From Octopus vulgaris (lineage: Eukaryota), in assembly GCA_951406725.2 (NCBI GenBank), contig OX597823.1, positions 95,790,001 through 95,854,000 on the forward strand: a stretch of DNA of 64,000 bases, read 5' to 3'. Shown in pieces: positions 1 to 12,605 of this stretch. Within the stretch, counting starts at the first letter, position 1. Each line of letters starts with the position of its first letter. The notes beneath the pieces are model-generated. The model was given only the letters and a program-made list of their open reading frames with translations. It did not search any database and was not told where the DNA came from. A program made the translations under genes and the position numbers.

Positions 1-129
1 AGAACCCTTGACAAGAACGGTTTCCTTTACAAAGCTGTCTACAAGGGCTGGTATTCAACTCACGATGAAATGTTTGTCCCTGAAAACAATGTTGAAGAAA
101 TCAAGATTGAGAATAACAACTCTGTAAAA
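1..129 (+). CDS. MARS2: Mitochondrial methionyl-tRNA synthetase, first exon in window (5' part of gene lies upstream)
   Basis: Frame 1 reads RTLDKNGFLYKAVYKGWYSTHDEMFVPENNVEEIKIENNNSVK (MetRS 'Y.G.Y.GWY...DE.F' CP/knuckle region); donor GTAAGA at 130, phase 0. Confidence 0.9.
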
Positions 130-381
130 GTAAGAACCAATTCCTAATAATGTTTTATACATTTTTTTTATTTTATGAATAAATTCTGTTGAGTCATTAA
201 AGACTGAATCATTTAGTTTGAGCTAAATCCACGTCATAAGTTCTGGCAAACTTTCCCAGTTGGGTCATGGAGAGTAAAGACACCAGAGTTCTTTGTAAAT
301 TGTCGGTACAAGAATAGGTCGTGATGAGACTGTTGTTGAAGCGTTAGCTCTTGTTGTGGCTGGTTACAATTGAACCTGTTG

Positions 382-652
382 GGCATATGGCGTAGTGGTT
401 AAGAGCACGGGCTACTAACTCCAAGATTCCGAGTTCGATTCCAGTCAGTGACCTGAATAATAATAATAATAGTAATAATATCAAAAAATACCTTAGGAAT
501 GAGAACTCAGGTTTGAAATTTCCCCAAGACACTTGATGAAGGCTGGACGGTATATCAGCCGAAACGTTGTGTTAATAACAAACGAGATGAGGACAAATAT
601 CCGTCAAATGTAAATAATATACATAATTCCTCATCTCTTAAATATAGAACTG
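382..652 (+). mobile_element. SINE-like element: tRNA-like head + (AAT)n + hammerhead-ribozyme tail (copy 1)
   Basis: A box TGGCGTAGTGG, B box GAGTTCGATTCC; HHR motif 528-573; homologous copies at 16721-16950 and 19256-19496. Confidence 0.8.
528..573 (+). ncRNA. Minimal type I hammerhead ribozyme motif (C3>U in this copy)
   Basis: Stem I GACAC/GTGTT, core (C>T)TGATGA+A, stem II GGCTG/CAGCC, GAAA, palindromic ACGT stem III, GUU triplet. Confidence 0.7.
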
Positions 653-986
653 TATGATTTTACATGAATATATTTTATCCAAAACTGCTTCATGTGACAT
701 TAATTTTAAGGCATGAAGCTGGCAGAATTGTCAGCAAGCCGGATGAGATGCTGAGCAGCATTTTGTCTGTCTTTACATTCTGTTTCAAATTCTACCAAGA
801 TTGACTTTGCCTTTCATCCTTTCAAGGTCAATAAAATAAATACCAGTTATGCACTGGGGGAGGGGGTCAGTGTAACTGACTTGCCCCTACCCTTGGAATT
901 GCTGACCTTCTGCTAAAATTTGAAACCAATTACATACACACATATTTGTGTGTGGGTCTGTAGGAATAAAATATATCTCTTTTCAG

Positions 987-1092
987 ATTTGTGTGGACAC
1001 AGGAAATGAAGTGAGTTGGATGGAGGAAATGAATTACATGTTTGCCCTGTCAAGACTAAAACCAGAACTCACAGAATTGCTTAACACACAAT
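987..1092 (+). CDS. MARS2: MARS2 exon
   Basis: Acceptor tctcttttcag; ICVDTGNEVSWMEEMNYMFALSRLKPELTELLNTQ (MetRS 'V.W.EE.NY.F.LS'); donor GTAAGT at 1093, phase 1. Confidence 0.93.
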
Positions 1093-3546
1093 GTAAGTGT
1101 TCCATGTTGTATTTCTTCTGTTCTTCCATTTTGTATAAGAATCATCTGTGGAGACATGCAGAAAACGGTCGGCAGGAAAATAATGATGGGTGCTTTGGAG
1201 TTATGTGCAGCTAAACTAGACTAAATGCTAAGACAAAATGTCTGACTAATTTGGGATATTAATAAAAATACAAAGTGAACCAGTTAGAAAATGCATGAAA
1301 TGAATTTGCTCTCTGGTTGATATTTGTTGTATGTCTTCTAGAATAAGCTTCTACAAATCAGTTTTAATTTCCCATGTCTAATGACTTTCGAGAATGCTGA
1401 CATATAAATTTATCTGGTGTCACTGGAATGTCGATCTCTCACTTCTAAAAATACCATGTGACCTGCCTTGACCAATAGCAGCCCAGTTCTCAATACCTCT
1501 ACGTTTGGCTCACTAAGCCTGACAAACTAGGTTTCTGTAAAAAGCCTATACTACTTTAAGTTGCACTGGGCTGAATCAAACTGTTTTAAACAATCATCAT
1601 CATTTGATGTCCGTTTTCCAAGCTGGCATGGGTTGGACAGTTTGACTGAGGTCTGGAGAGCCAGCAGCCACACCAGGCTCGAAAAATTGTATTGTAGATA
1701 AACAATGACAGGGGAAAAAATGTACAACATATACCGAGTGTACAATTGGATAGGAGTCAGACACAGAGGTCCCTAATTCTTCATCAGTTATCAACCAGAT
1801 GGTTTTGCACCATTAATGATGAGACTGAGAACTTCGCATGCTGGCAGTGGCCATGAAAGTTGCAGAGAATATAGGGCTGAGAGCAAACAAACCAATACAG
1901 AGTGGACATACAAAAGTGAATAAATGTAATTTAAGACAATGGACAAAGATGAAACAAACAAGAAATGAGCAAAATATAGTCTTAGGGCCAAAAAGACATA
2001 TGTACATACAAAAGACAGCAGAGTGTGATTTGAGGAGCATTTGGGTATTATTTCTAGCAGTTTAGAGGACTCGTTCACTGTTCACTTCCTGTGCATTGTT
2101 CTCTATTCCATTCATGCACTTTTGGCTACTTTTTTTCTGATGAGTTGTGGTGTACCTGAGCAGCACCTGTAGACTATAGGTTCATTATCATTATCATCAT
2201 CCAAGTAATGTGGTGAGCTGGCAGAAATGTTAGCACACCGGGTGAAATGCTTAATGGTATTTCGTCTGTCTTTATTTTCTGAGTTCAAATTCCGCCAAGG
2301 TTGACTTTGCCTTTCATCCTTTTGCGGTCAATAAATTAAGTACCAGTTACATACTGGAGTTGATCTAATCGACTGGGCCCCCTCCCCAAAAATTTTGGGC
2401 TTGTGATTATTATAATCCCAGTATTTGATTCATATTTTATCTACCCCTGAAGGATGAAAAGCAAAATCAACCTTGATGGGACTTGATCTTAAAATATTAA
2501 AGCATTTCATTCAGCATTCTAACAATTCTATAAATCCACCATCATCATCATCGTTTAACGTCCGCTTTCCATGCTGGCATGGGTTGGACGGTTCCACCGG
2601 GGTCTGGGAAGCCAGGAGGGCTATACCAGGCTCCAGTCTGATCTGGTAGTGTTTTTACAGCTGGATGCCCTTCCTAATGCCAACCACTCCATTAGTATAG
2701 TGGGTGCTTTTTACGTGCCACCAGCACAGGGGCAGAGGAGGCTGGTAACGGCCACAATCAGTTGGCTTTTTACATGCTACCCCACTTATCTGCTATTACC
2801 CTCAATCCTCACCCTAAAATGTCTCCTGTATTTCTTGCCATCATTTGTAACAGTCACCTCTTTCATGCCCAGTCACCCAGTCCAAACCTCTATATCACTT
2901 CATTTATTTTCACCACCCCCAATGTCCCTTAAGGGCATGTCCCAACACATCTCTGCCATAATTGCTCTATCACTCTCTTTACTATACTCTCTAACTTGCC
3001 CCACTTTGTTTCCCAACTGGGGTACCCATGTATCTACTCTACAGCAAGACACCTATCCTTGTCCCTCTTCACCTTCAATCTCTCAACACCTACAAATCCA
3101 CACCCTTCACAACTACTCCCACCCACCCCAGCTGAGGGGGTTTTGTCTTGCAAGTTACTTGGTGACCCTGTCGGTACTGGGGCCATGTAAAACGCATTGG
3201 TGATGGTGCTGCATAAAAAGCACCTGCTACACTCTGTCAAGTGGTCAGCATTAGGAAGGGCATAAAGCCATAGAAACCGTGTCAAAAAATACAATTGGGG
3301 CCTGGTGTGACTCTTGGCCTTGTCCAACCCATGCCAGCATGGAAATCAGACATTAAATGATGAATGATGATATATAATTACTCACAAAGCTTTGATTGCA
3401 GTGGGATTGAACCTAGAAGCATGTGGCTGAGAAGCAAACTTCTTAACCACACAGCCACACCTAATTCAACATTTTCTACAACTGAAATCGTGTCTCTATG
3501 CTGTTGTAACATCTTTCTCTTTCTCTTTTTTAAAATTATTTCCCAG

Positions 3547-3674
3547 TTGTACAACCTGCAGTATGGCAGCCATTGGCTCGGAGTTACCTTCACAATCTGC
3601 CTGATCTTTCTGTTTCACGAAGAAGAGATAGACTTCCCTGGGGTATTGCGGTACCAAATGATGACACACAGACC
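3547..3674 (+). CDS. MARS2: MARS2 exon
   Basis: Acceptor tttcccag; (F)VQPAVWQPLARSYLHNLPDLSVSRRRDRLPWGIAVPNDDTQT (DLSVSR..L.WGI.VP motif); donor GTAAGT, phase 0. Confidence 0.95.
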
Positions 3675-5211
3675 GTAAGTAATTCTTTAAGACATTCTAC
3701 ATTCTTGACACGACTTCAAAGAACCGTGTCTTTGTTCTTTCCATACTCTCACATTTAAAATGTAATCTACGAGAATCTCAAGAGAACTTTCTGGTTCTTT
3801 CAAGACAACAAAAAACACTCCATGTTAGGCATGGGCAACCTATTTTTGCTCTTTTTGAAGCTAGCCACTCAAGGTATGGCTCATTGGTGGGCCACACTGC
3901 TAAAGAAAAATTCAAGGTAATTTTTTGTTAAGTGAGCCATTAAGAAAGTCCTGTCACTGCTCTCTGTAGTTTCCAGAAATAGCAGCGAAATTTCCCTCCA
4001 ACCACACCCTACTGTCTTAAAAGAAGGAAGGACAGGTTGGATAATGTAGTTGTAAAGATTAGTAAATAAAGGTAGGATGGTGACTGAGAGGTAAAGCAAT
4101 CAGAACAGCAGTTACATTTTCTCTTGAATTTGTTGGTCCTAGGTGAGGGACAGTACTCACAACTTTTCCCCAGGGACTCTCCGAGAGTGAAGTAGAGAGT
4201 TAATTTGAATGTAATTTATCTTCAATTCGAGCTGTAACTATTGTAGGTCGGTGTCTGTGAAGATGGTGAAAGTGGCTAGGAATCTGTAGCACTTTGTTAC
4301 TGGAAGGAAACAGATAAGCGAAAAAGTAGTTAAAGGGAGATAACTAAGGATAGCAGCCATGATGCTGGTTGTTAAAAAAAACAAAAAACCATGAAGATTT
4401 CAGAGAAGAAAAAGATCTTCTATAAGACTGGAGTGGTGGGATTTAATTATATTCTTCAAATTCTGAGATTAAATCCTGCCAAGGTGAACATTGAAGCACT
4501 TTCGGCTATGGTTGATAAGTTCTGGAATTCATGTAATCAGCTAAATTTTTACACTAAAAAATTGCTAGCCTCATACTTAAATTAGAAATCTTCATCATCA
4601 TCATTATTATTATGATGATGATGACCTCTGCTTAGATATATAAGAATGAGTTGAAACAATCACTGAAATCTCAACAGCTTAGTTTGACATCTTGGGGCAA
4701 GTTATTGCCTAAGATTGATCTGAGTGGCAGAGAAGGTGTCATGATGCATCTAAACAATATCAGTTGAAGAAACAGAACGGTAAAGGAATTCTATCCTGCA
4801 AATCAACAGACGACACATTTGTCCAATCCCAGCTAAAATCCAAATCATCAGTTATTGTGACTTCATAGCAAACTCCATCCGTATCTGGACTCAAATCATA
4901 GATGCAGCTTCATGTTTTTTTTTTTAATCGTTTCCTTCAAATTTTGAAGTCAGCCGACACGTGTGATTATCATTATAATATCAGGGGCAGTGGATTGACG
5001 GAATTATCATGGCATCAGGAATAAAATACTCTCCAGTATTTGTTCCACCTCTCTCACACACAAGTTCTGAGTTCAAATTCTGCCTAAACCATGTGCTTGG
5101 GAAGCTAACTTCTTACCACACAGCCACACATCCATTATCACAAATTGTTTTGTCTGATGTTCTACCAATTCTCCCTGCCCTGACCTTATAAATTTAATGA
5201 CAAATGTCTTC

Positions 5212-5247
<36 letters not shown>

Positions 5248-5729
5248 GGCAGCAAGCTAGCAGAAATGTTAGCATGCTGAGCAAATTGCTCAGCAGTATT
5301 TCATCTGTCTTTTCATTCTGAGTTCAAATTCTGCCGAGGTCGACTTTGCCTTTCATCCTTGGGGGGTGAGGTTGATAAATTACCAGTTGCATACTGGGGT
5401 CGATCTACTCGACTGCCCCCCACCTCCCCCAAAATTTTGGATCTTGTGCCTCAGGAAAGATTATTATTATTATTATTATTATTATTGTTGTTATTATTAT
5501 TATTAAGATGGTGAGCTGGCAGAATAATTAGCATGCTGGTCAGAATGCTTTGTAAGATTTCATCTATCTTTATGTCCAAAGTTTAAATTCCACTGAAGTC
5601 AACTTTGCCTTTCAGCTGTTTCATCCCTTTAATGAAATAAATACCAGTTGAACACTGGGGTTGATGTAATCGACTATCCCCCTCCCCCAAAATTTCAGGA
5701 CTTGTGCCTTCTGTAGAAAGGATTATTAT

Positions 5730-6290
5730 TATGAGAGAGAGAGAGCAGTGCATGCTTTCAAAGTGACACTGGGGTAAAATATATGAAGCCCAGTATACCC
5801 ATCATGACCACCCGTCTGATAAGGGTACACCAGGCACGTGCAACACAGCCATATGTGCGCAACATGGTGATCACATATCAAGATAAACAGCGCATGACCT
5901 TGCAGGTGGGGCCCAGTTAGAATTTTCTTCAGGCCGAGTAACCCATTCCACACAAGATGTTCCTGAATAAGGGTTGTTTAAGGATGTTGAACAAAATACC
6001 CATATTTCCAAGGGTGAGTTATCCAAACCCCAAAGAATCCCTCTCAACACATGGCTATGATGCTCCCCCATTACTTATGCTTGTGATCAGAGATGCACAT
6101 ATCGTCAGCCACCAAGGGACATGCTCAACTGGTTAAGGTCAAACAACTGACAAACAAATCTGTGGTATTGAGCAGAATATTTGCTGTAGCCCATCTTTTA
6201 CACCAAGACAAAATAATGTACGCAATAACACTTCCAATCAGTTAAGATCAGAAGCCATGAGAGCCACTGCCTGGTACTGCGTCAGGGCAT
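5730..6290. repeat. Unclassified interspersed repeat flanked by (ATT)n
   Basis: 560-bp higher-GC block with sharp boundaries inside ATT runs; no recognisable ORF. Confidence 0.45.
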
Positions 6291-6566
6291 TTTTATTATT
6301 GTTATCATTATTATTATTATTATTCCTTTCTATATATGTTGTTGTATTCTTTGATTTATGTCTAACCCTTTAGCATTCAAATTACTCTGTCGAATGTGGA
6401 GCATATTTATTTACATTGTTTGGAATTAATCGTTCATTATCTCAGCTTTGAGATTTCAATAAATTGATTGTTTATATTTTAGAATGACATAGTTGGGCTG
6501 GTGTCAAAGGCTTGATCTGTCCAGTTTTAATGCTAAACGACCCATCATTTCTCTCTTTCACCTTAG

Positions 6567-6676
6567 ATCTATGTTTGGCTCGATGCTCTGGTCAATTACC
6601 TCACTGTAACTGGTTACCCAAATATGCAAAACAGTTGGCCACCAAACTGCCATGTCGTTGGTAAAGAAATCCTAAA
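6567..6676 (+). CDS. MARS2: MARS2 exon
   Basis: Acceptor ctctctttcaccttag; [36 protein letters not shown](K) (YVWLDAL.NY motif); donor GTAAGA, phase 2. Confidence 0.96.
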
Positions 6677-7857
6677 GTAAGACAGACTTTGTTACAATAT
6701 TACAGAATTATTACAATGTTTAGAGGTTTTGGATGGGGTCAGAGTGGTGATGGTGGTGGACATCATGTCCATGCTGGAGTGGAGTGTGAAACAATGCTTC
6801 ATATATCGTTTTGAGTGGAGTCAGTCTCTCTCACTGTGTGTCTGTGTACATATGTGCACATGCATATATACATGTGTGCAGCATAATTTAATGAGTGTTG
6901 TTGAGTCATATCTCACTGTTATCTACATTGCTATCACTCCTCCTCATCATCACTACCATCGTCATCATCATCATCTCCACCATCATCCCCATCACTGTGT
7001 CCACACAACTTGGACACCTCTCAGCAGACTTGCACTAGTTTCATGGACAAAAGACCTCAGAGGGGTTTCGACAATCTCAGCTCCTAACAATGTCAAGACA
7101 ACTGTTGGCCATATTAAACCAGCAGTGTTGCTCCTCAGCCTCCCAACATGCAACTAAAGCCTCGCTTATGATAATCTCACAGATTCTGATTAATCTCATA
7201 GATTATAACATAAATTACATCATGGCTAAAGCTGCATCTCAAACTCTATGTTTATTCTTCAGGGTCAGACTGTGTTTTTGTTTTGGTCAGCTGCAAATTC
7301 CTGTTGAAATACACAGACTTTGTTTCAATTCATTTTGAAAATAATGAAAAATTTAGGAAAATAACTTTGTCATTTATTAAACTGGTGTTTGAAACATAAA
7401 TTAACATACATTAACATGAAATTCTGATGGAAGATTTTCAGTCAAGTCCCTTCAAGCATTCAGCTTTCACATTTATTCAGTTAAATATAATACTTATTTA
7501 TTAACATGGTTTTGAATTAATCATGCAGTTATCTTACTAAGTCTTTGGTTTTTGCTAAATTAACTCTAAGGCCCTTTGATTCTTAGACCTTACTTCCACA
7601 CCTGGAATTTCTTCTCTAGTTCTGGTAGTAAATCAGCTTTATAAATATGGTTCCAGACGTGAAAGTTGTAAACTTCATGACTCCATATTGTTTTGTACAC
7701 ACTCCCATTGGTTGACAAGGACCAACTGCAGCATAGTACAAAGCTAAATAGAAAGATATATCAGCGGATAACATGTCTATGGAGAATTCTCTAAGAGAAT
7801 AAAGGATTAATGATGGCAACAATTCTCATAACACAGCATAACATGAAAAGAAACACA

Positions 7858-8341
7858 TACAAGGTCTGAGCAAAATGTATCGGGATTGGTGCTATAAAAA
7901 GAAAACTACATCATCATCATCATCAATCATCCATCATCAGTAATTAACGTCCGTTTTCCATGCTGGCACAGGTTGGACAGTTTGACTGAGGTCTGGAGAG
8001 CCAGTGGCTGCCCCAGCATTTAGTCTCCTTCAAAGTAATCCCCCTTTTGAAGCCACATGCTTTGTATCCAGCACCATTTCCATTGATGGAAACATTCCTG
8101 GAACTCCTTTTTTTGGGATAGCAAGCAATTGCTTCAATGCGTTATCTTGCATTTCCTTGGGGCCTTGAAATCTTGTTCCTTTCACACTTCCAGTCACTGC
8201 TATAAACAACAGCGGTGAGTGCGAACATTGTAACTTGTGTGACAGAGTTGAAGGTGTCAGTCTGTGCCAAACCGCTTCACTCTGTATAATTGATCTCTGT
8301 TACCATAGCAGCAGTCCTGATACTTTCTGATCAAACCTCAT
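7858..8341 (-). mobile_element. Internally deleted mariner element with nested RTE-tail insertion (~7908-8016)
   Basis: Imperfect TIRs tacaaggtctgagcaaaatgtatcgggattggtgctat / atagcagcagtcctgatactttctgatcaaacctc; minus-strand C-terminus ...QECFHQWK...GDYFEGD*. Confidence 0.7.
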
Positions 8342-9000
8342 CGGCACACATGTTAATCACAAACAACTAAACTTTGACTGTTAGATTCACACAACACCAG
8401 TCAAATTGCAGCAGTTTTGGCTCTGCTTACAACAAAGAGGTAGCAATACACACCAACATCATCCAGAAGATGAGACAGTGAAGGTTGAAAAATGTTAATG
8501 GATTTTGGAAAGTTTTTGTTCCAAACTAACCGAAGAAACTTATTTGAGAACATGGCAAAGCCTTCTTAGAAAGTTCAAACTCAAGCATAGTCTTGTACTA
8601 GAACACACACACACACGTCTCTCTCTCATAGAGTGCTGCTGCCACAAAAAAGAAAGAAACATCCAGTACATTTTTTTGTTGGCAGCTCCACCTATAAGAA
8701 GTATGCCAAAGCTACATAGGAGCTCATTGCATTCTTCTGCCTCATCAGATCTTCTTGATCTGTGCAACCCATGCCAGCATGGAAAGCAGACATTAAGTGA
8801 TGACGATGAGGATGTATGAAATAAGTACATATATATTGTTAAATGATGATGATGATGATGATGATGATATTGTACATAATTTATATAGTTTTATATATGT
8901 ACATATATTTATATTAATAAGTCTAACCCATGCTAGCATGGAAAGCGGACGCTAAACGATGATGATGATGATTATATAGAATCAAGTCTCTCCTTTCCAG

Positions 9001-9100
9001 ATTCCATGCCGTGTTTTGGCCAGCCTTTTTACTTGCTGCAAACATGAAACTTCCACATCAAATCCTGTGCCATGCTCATTGGACAGTCGATGGCCACAAG
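9001..9100 (+). CDS. MARS2: MARS2 exon
   Basis: Acceptor ctctcctttccag; FHAVFWPAFLLAANMKLPHQILCHAHWTVDGHK; donor GTAATA, phase 0. Confidence 0.96.
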
Positions 9101-9170
9101 GTAATATTTTATTACACACAAATTGTATGCATGTAAGTGTTGTGTGTGTGTGTGTGTATATATATATATA

Positions 9171-9331
9171 GGTGCAGGAGTGGCTGTGTGGTAAGTGCCT
9201 TGTTTACCAACCACATGGTTCTGGGTTCAGTCCCACTGCATGACACCTTGGGCAAATGTCTTCTACTATAGCCTCGGGCCAACCAAAGCCTTCTGAGTGG
9301 ATTTGGGAGACAGAAACTGAAAGAAGCCCAT

Positions 9332-9380
<49 letters not shown>

Positions 9381-9585
9381 TTATGTGTCTGTGTTTGTCT
9401 CCCAACATTGCTTGTCAAGCAATGTTGGTATGTTTACATCCCCCGTAACTTAGCGGTTTGGCAAAAGAGAACCAATAGAATAAGTACTAGGCTTACAAAG
9501 AATAAGTCCTGGGGTCGATTTGCTCAACTAAAGGCGATGCTCCAGCATGGCTGTAGTCAAGTGACTGAAACAAATAAAGAAAAAA
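9171..9585 (+). mobile_element. tRNA-derived SINE family B with internal (TA/TG)n (representative; also 18145-18500-, 25301-25720, 32560-32920-, 38490-38880, 42757-43150, 52530-52885, 55110-55495-)
   Basis: A box tggctgtgtggtaag, B box gggttcagtccc, ccttgggcaag core, tail agcatggc..cagtca..tgactgaaacaa. Confidence 0.85.
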
Positions 9586-9590
9586 GAATC

Positions 9591-10836
9591 TACACAGACA
9601 TGCAGGAAGTAAATAGACACCTTTAATATTCAAAATCTTTTATTTAATACGCGAACAATTGAAATGTAATCGATAGGTAGGACTACATACTTTAGTATTT
9701 AGTTGACATTCCCTTTGCAGTTTTTAATTCAGAAACTCTTTTTGGCATTGAACTGATGAACTTTGTGATTGTCTCTTGTGGAATTTCTGCCCACTTTTCA
9801 CGCAACAATCGAAACAGTTCATCTTTAGATTTAGGTTTCTGTCGAGTTTTTCATTTAGCTCTATCTAGTATGCTCCAAAGATTTTCAATTGGGTTCATGT
9901 CAGGAGATTGGCTCGGTCAAGGAAGCTTTTTGATCCCATTTTCAGTCAACTATTGTTGATTCCTTTTCAGTGTGTGACATGGAGCCTCATCTTCCATGAA
10001 TAAAAACTCATTTTTCATTATGTTATTGTGAGAATACATCAGAAGTAGTCCTTGCTTAAGTATTTCAATGTATTTTTCGGAATTTGTGGTTCCAACACAT
10101 TTGATCAGCTCAGAACGACCATTGCTGGTGACAGCTCCCCATAGCATTACAGAGATACCACCATGTTTCACAGTTGGATGGAATCGTTTCAAATCAAATA
10201 CTTGATTGGGAAGCCTCCAGACCCAAACACGTCCACTGTCTGAAAATAATGCAATTCTGGATTCATCTGAGAAAATTTCTGACATCTCCTTAGTCCATTT
10301 CTTTCTTTTCATGATATTAATTGGTTGAAGGAGAGGTTTTCTTCTAGCTGCTTGTCCATAATACCCCAGCTTATGCAGATATGTAACACACGTTCTTGGA
10401 CTAACTTCTAGCTGTTTTGCAATGTCAGAAGCCTTCGAATGGGGTTCATTTTCCACAATTCTCTTCAAACAGTGAAGCTTCCTTTCCAAGGGCCCAGGTC
10501 GGCTGGGATGAGAATCTGTTGATTCTTTTCCTTGGCTTTTAAATTGCACTATAATTCTATTAACAGTAGAGGAATTTGAAGATTTTTGGCAATTTTTCAC
10601 TATCTAAGACCAGCCTCAGACTGCCCAATAATACGACCTCTTTGAAAATCTGACAGTTCTGCTGAATTTTTTTGTGCGTGGCATGGTTACTCTTCACAAA
10701 TGTTTGATATAATGGCACCTGGAATGAAAAAGAATAATTACATTGTAAATTCTACACTGCTGAAAACATATTAATACGCTTAGATCAGAAATTTTTAAAA
10801 TTAAAGGTGTCTGTTTACTTCCTGTGTGTGCTCTGT
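9591..10836 (-). mobile_element. Tc1-family DNA transposon, full-length but defective
   Basis: TIR cores caggaagtaaatagacacctttaat (9603-9627) / attaaaggtgtctgtttacttcctg (10800-10824). Confidence 0.9.
9692..10684 (-). pseudogene. Tc1-like DD34E transposase pseudogene
   Basis: [70 protein letters not shown]; stops and frameshifts. Confidence 0.9.
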
Positions 10837-10903
10837 CCAATCCCTGTCAGCATGGAAAATATGGAACACGGTTTTTAAATGATGATGATGGTGCTCTCTC
10901 TCA

Positions 10904-10981
<78 letters not shown>

Positions 10982-10986
<5 letters not shown>

Positions 10987-12007
10987 TAAATGAGGGTGAA
11001 AAATCGATATTAATTTAATAATACCATTAATTTAACACCAAGTGGCTTAGCACAAAAAACTACGGAGAAAATACAAATTTATACATAACTTATTAGAGAG
11101 TTATCCACTATGTGGATAACTCTAGTGCTAAAAATAGCTCCGAAGCAACCACAGAAGATCAGTTTCCAACTAGAATCAACATACATTTAACGGAAGGAAA
11201 GTGAAATACAACGAATAAAATAGATTGACTCTATACAATTGTTTCATTACTAATGTAATATGTAGTTTTACTTACACTTACATCTATAAATCTTCGGTAG
11301 AGTTTGTCAGAAATGCAATTAATTAGATTGATTCGAGCGTCAAAAACACGAGCGGTCCAACCAATTACATTTTTAGTTATGTCTCAAATTCCGCGCCAAA
11401 AGCATGCCTAGACTCCATTGGAAACGTATGCCGCATCAAATAAAATATTGACTGCCGTGTAGTTAAATTTATAAAATTATAAATGAGGGTGAAAAATCGA
11501 TATTAATTTAATAATACCATTATAGTTTTTTCTCCGTAGTTTTTTGTGCTAAGCCACTTGGTGTTAAATTAATGGTATTATTAAATTAATATCGATTTTT
11601 CACCCTCATTTATAATTTTATAAATTTAACTACGCGGCAGTCAATATTTTATTTGATGCGGCATACGTTTCCAATGGAGTCTAGGCATGCTTTTGGCGCG
11701 GAATTTGAGACATAACTAAAAATGTAATTGGTTGGACCGCTCGTGTTTTTGACGCTCGAATCGATCTAATTAATTGCATTTCTGACAAACTCTACCGAAG
11801 ATTTATAGATGTAAGTGTAAGTAAAACTACATATTACATTAGTAATGAAACAATTGTATAGAGTCAATCTATTTTATTCGTTGTATTTCACTTTCCTTCC
11901 GTTAAATGTATGTTGATTCTAGTTGGAAACTGATCTTCTGTGGTTGCTTCGGAGCTATTTTTAGCACTAGAGTTATCCACATAGTGGATAACTCTCTAAT
12001 AAGTTAT
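10982..12007. mobile_element. Young inverted/partial-tandem non-coding element (Penelope-like architecture) in (TA)n
   Basis: 11085-11522 and 11570-12007 are reverse complements (438 bp, 2 mismatches seen); 10982-11071 is the reverse complement of 11528-11617. Confidence 0.85.
11789..11864 (+). ncRNA. Type I hammerhead ribozyme motif (mirror copy on minus strand at 11228-11303)
   Basis: Stem I ACTCTA/TAGAGT; core CCGAAGA (U4>C variant); long AU-rich stem II; GAAAC-AATT-GTA. Confidence 0.65.
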
Positions 12008-12605
12008 ATATATATATATATATATATTTAATATCCTCCTTCCATACTGGCATGATTGTGTGTGTGTTTATATATATATATATATATATATCCTGCTTAA
12101 TGGTGTGTGTATATATATTATATTTATTTATACACACCATTAAGTATGTATGTATAGGTATATGTATGAAAATGTACACTTACTGTCAAGCCTACATCAT
12201 CAGCTGCCTCTCATCCCTCTAACACTTTCGACTCTCCCACCTCACAAACCTGTCTGTCACCCATACCACCATCATTCACAGCTGTCTCTTGCATGCCTCT
12301 CCTCCTCATACCTCTTTTGCATCTCTCTCAATCACTCTCTCCTCTTCTCACCCTCCCTCTACCATACGGCTGCTGTGATTCAAGATTGCAGTGCATCTGC
12401 TCTGTTCACAGGTGTGGCTGTGTGGTAAGTAGCTTGCTTCCCAACCACATGGTTCTGGGTTCAGTCACTTTGCATAGCACCTTGGGCAAGTGTCTTCTAC
12501 AATAGCCTTGGGCTGAACAAAGCCTTGTGAGTGGATTTGGTAGCTGGAAGCTGAAAGAAGCCCGTCGTATATATATATATGTGTGTGTGTGTGTGTATAT
12601 ATATA

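Noticed and set aside
382-455. Possible functional tRNA gene (loop CT-ACT-AA)
   Set aside because: Acceptor stem does not pair, and the head is linked to the same repeat body in three copies, so it is a SINE head
2571-3203. 210-aa ORF
   Set aside because: Spans an antisense RTE tail plus a pyrimidine-rich repeat also present inverted at 21105-21420; no protein motif
6729-7157. 142-aa His-rich ORF after a MARS2 exon
   Set aside because: Intronic (CAT)n/(GT)n low-complexity sequence; not needed for the MARS2 reading frame
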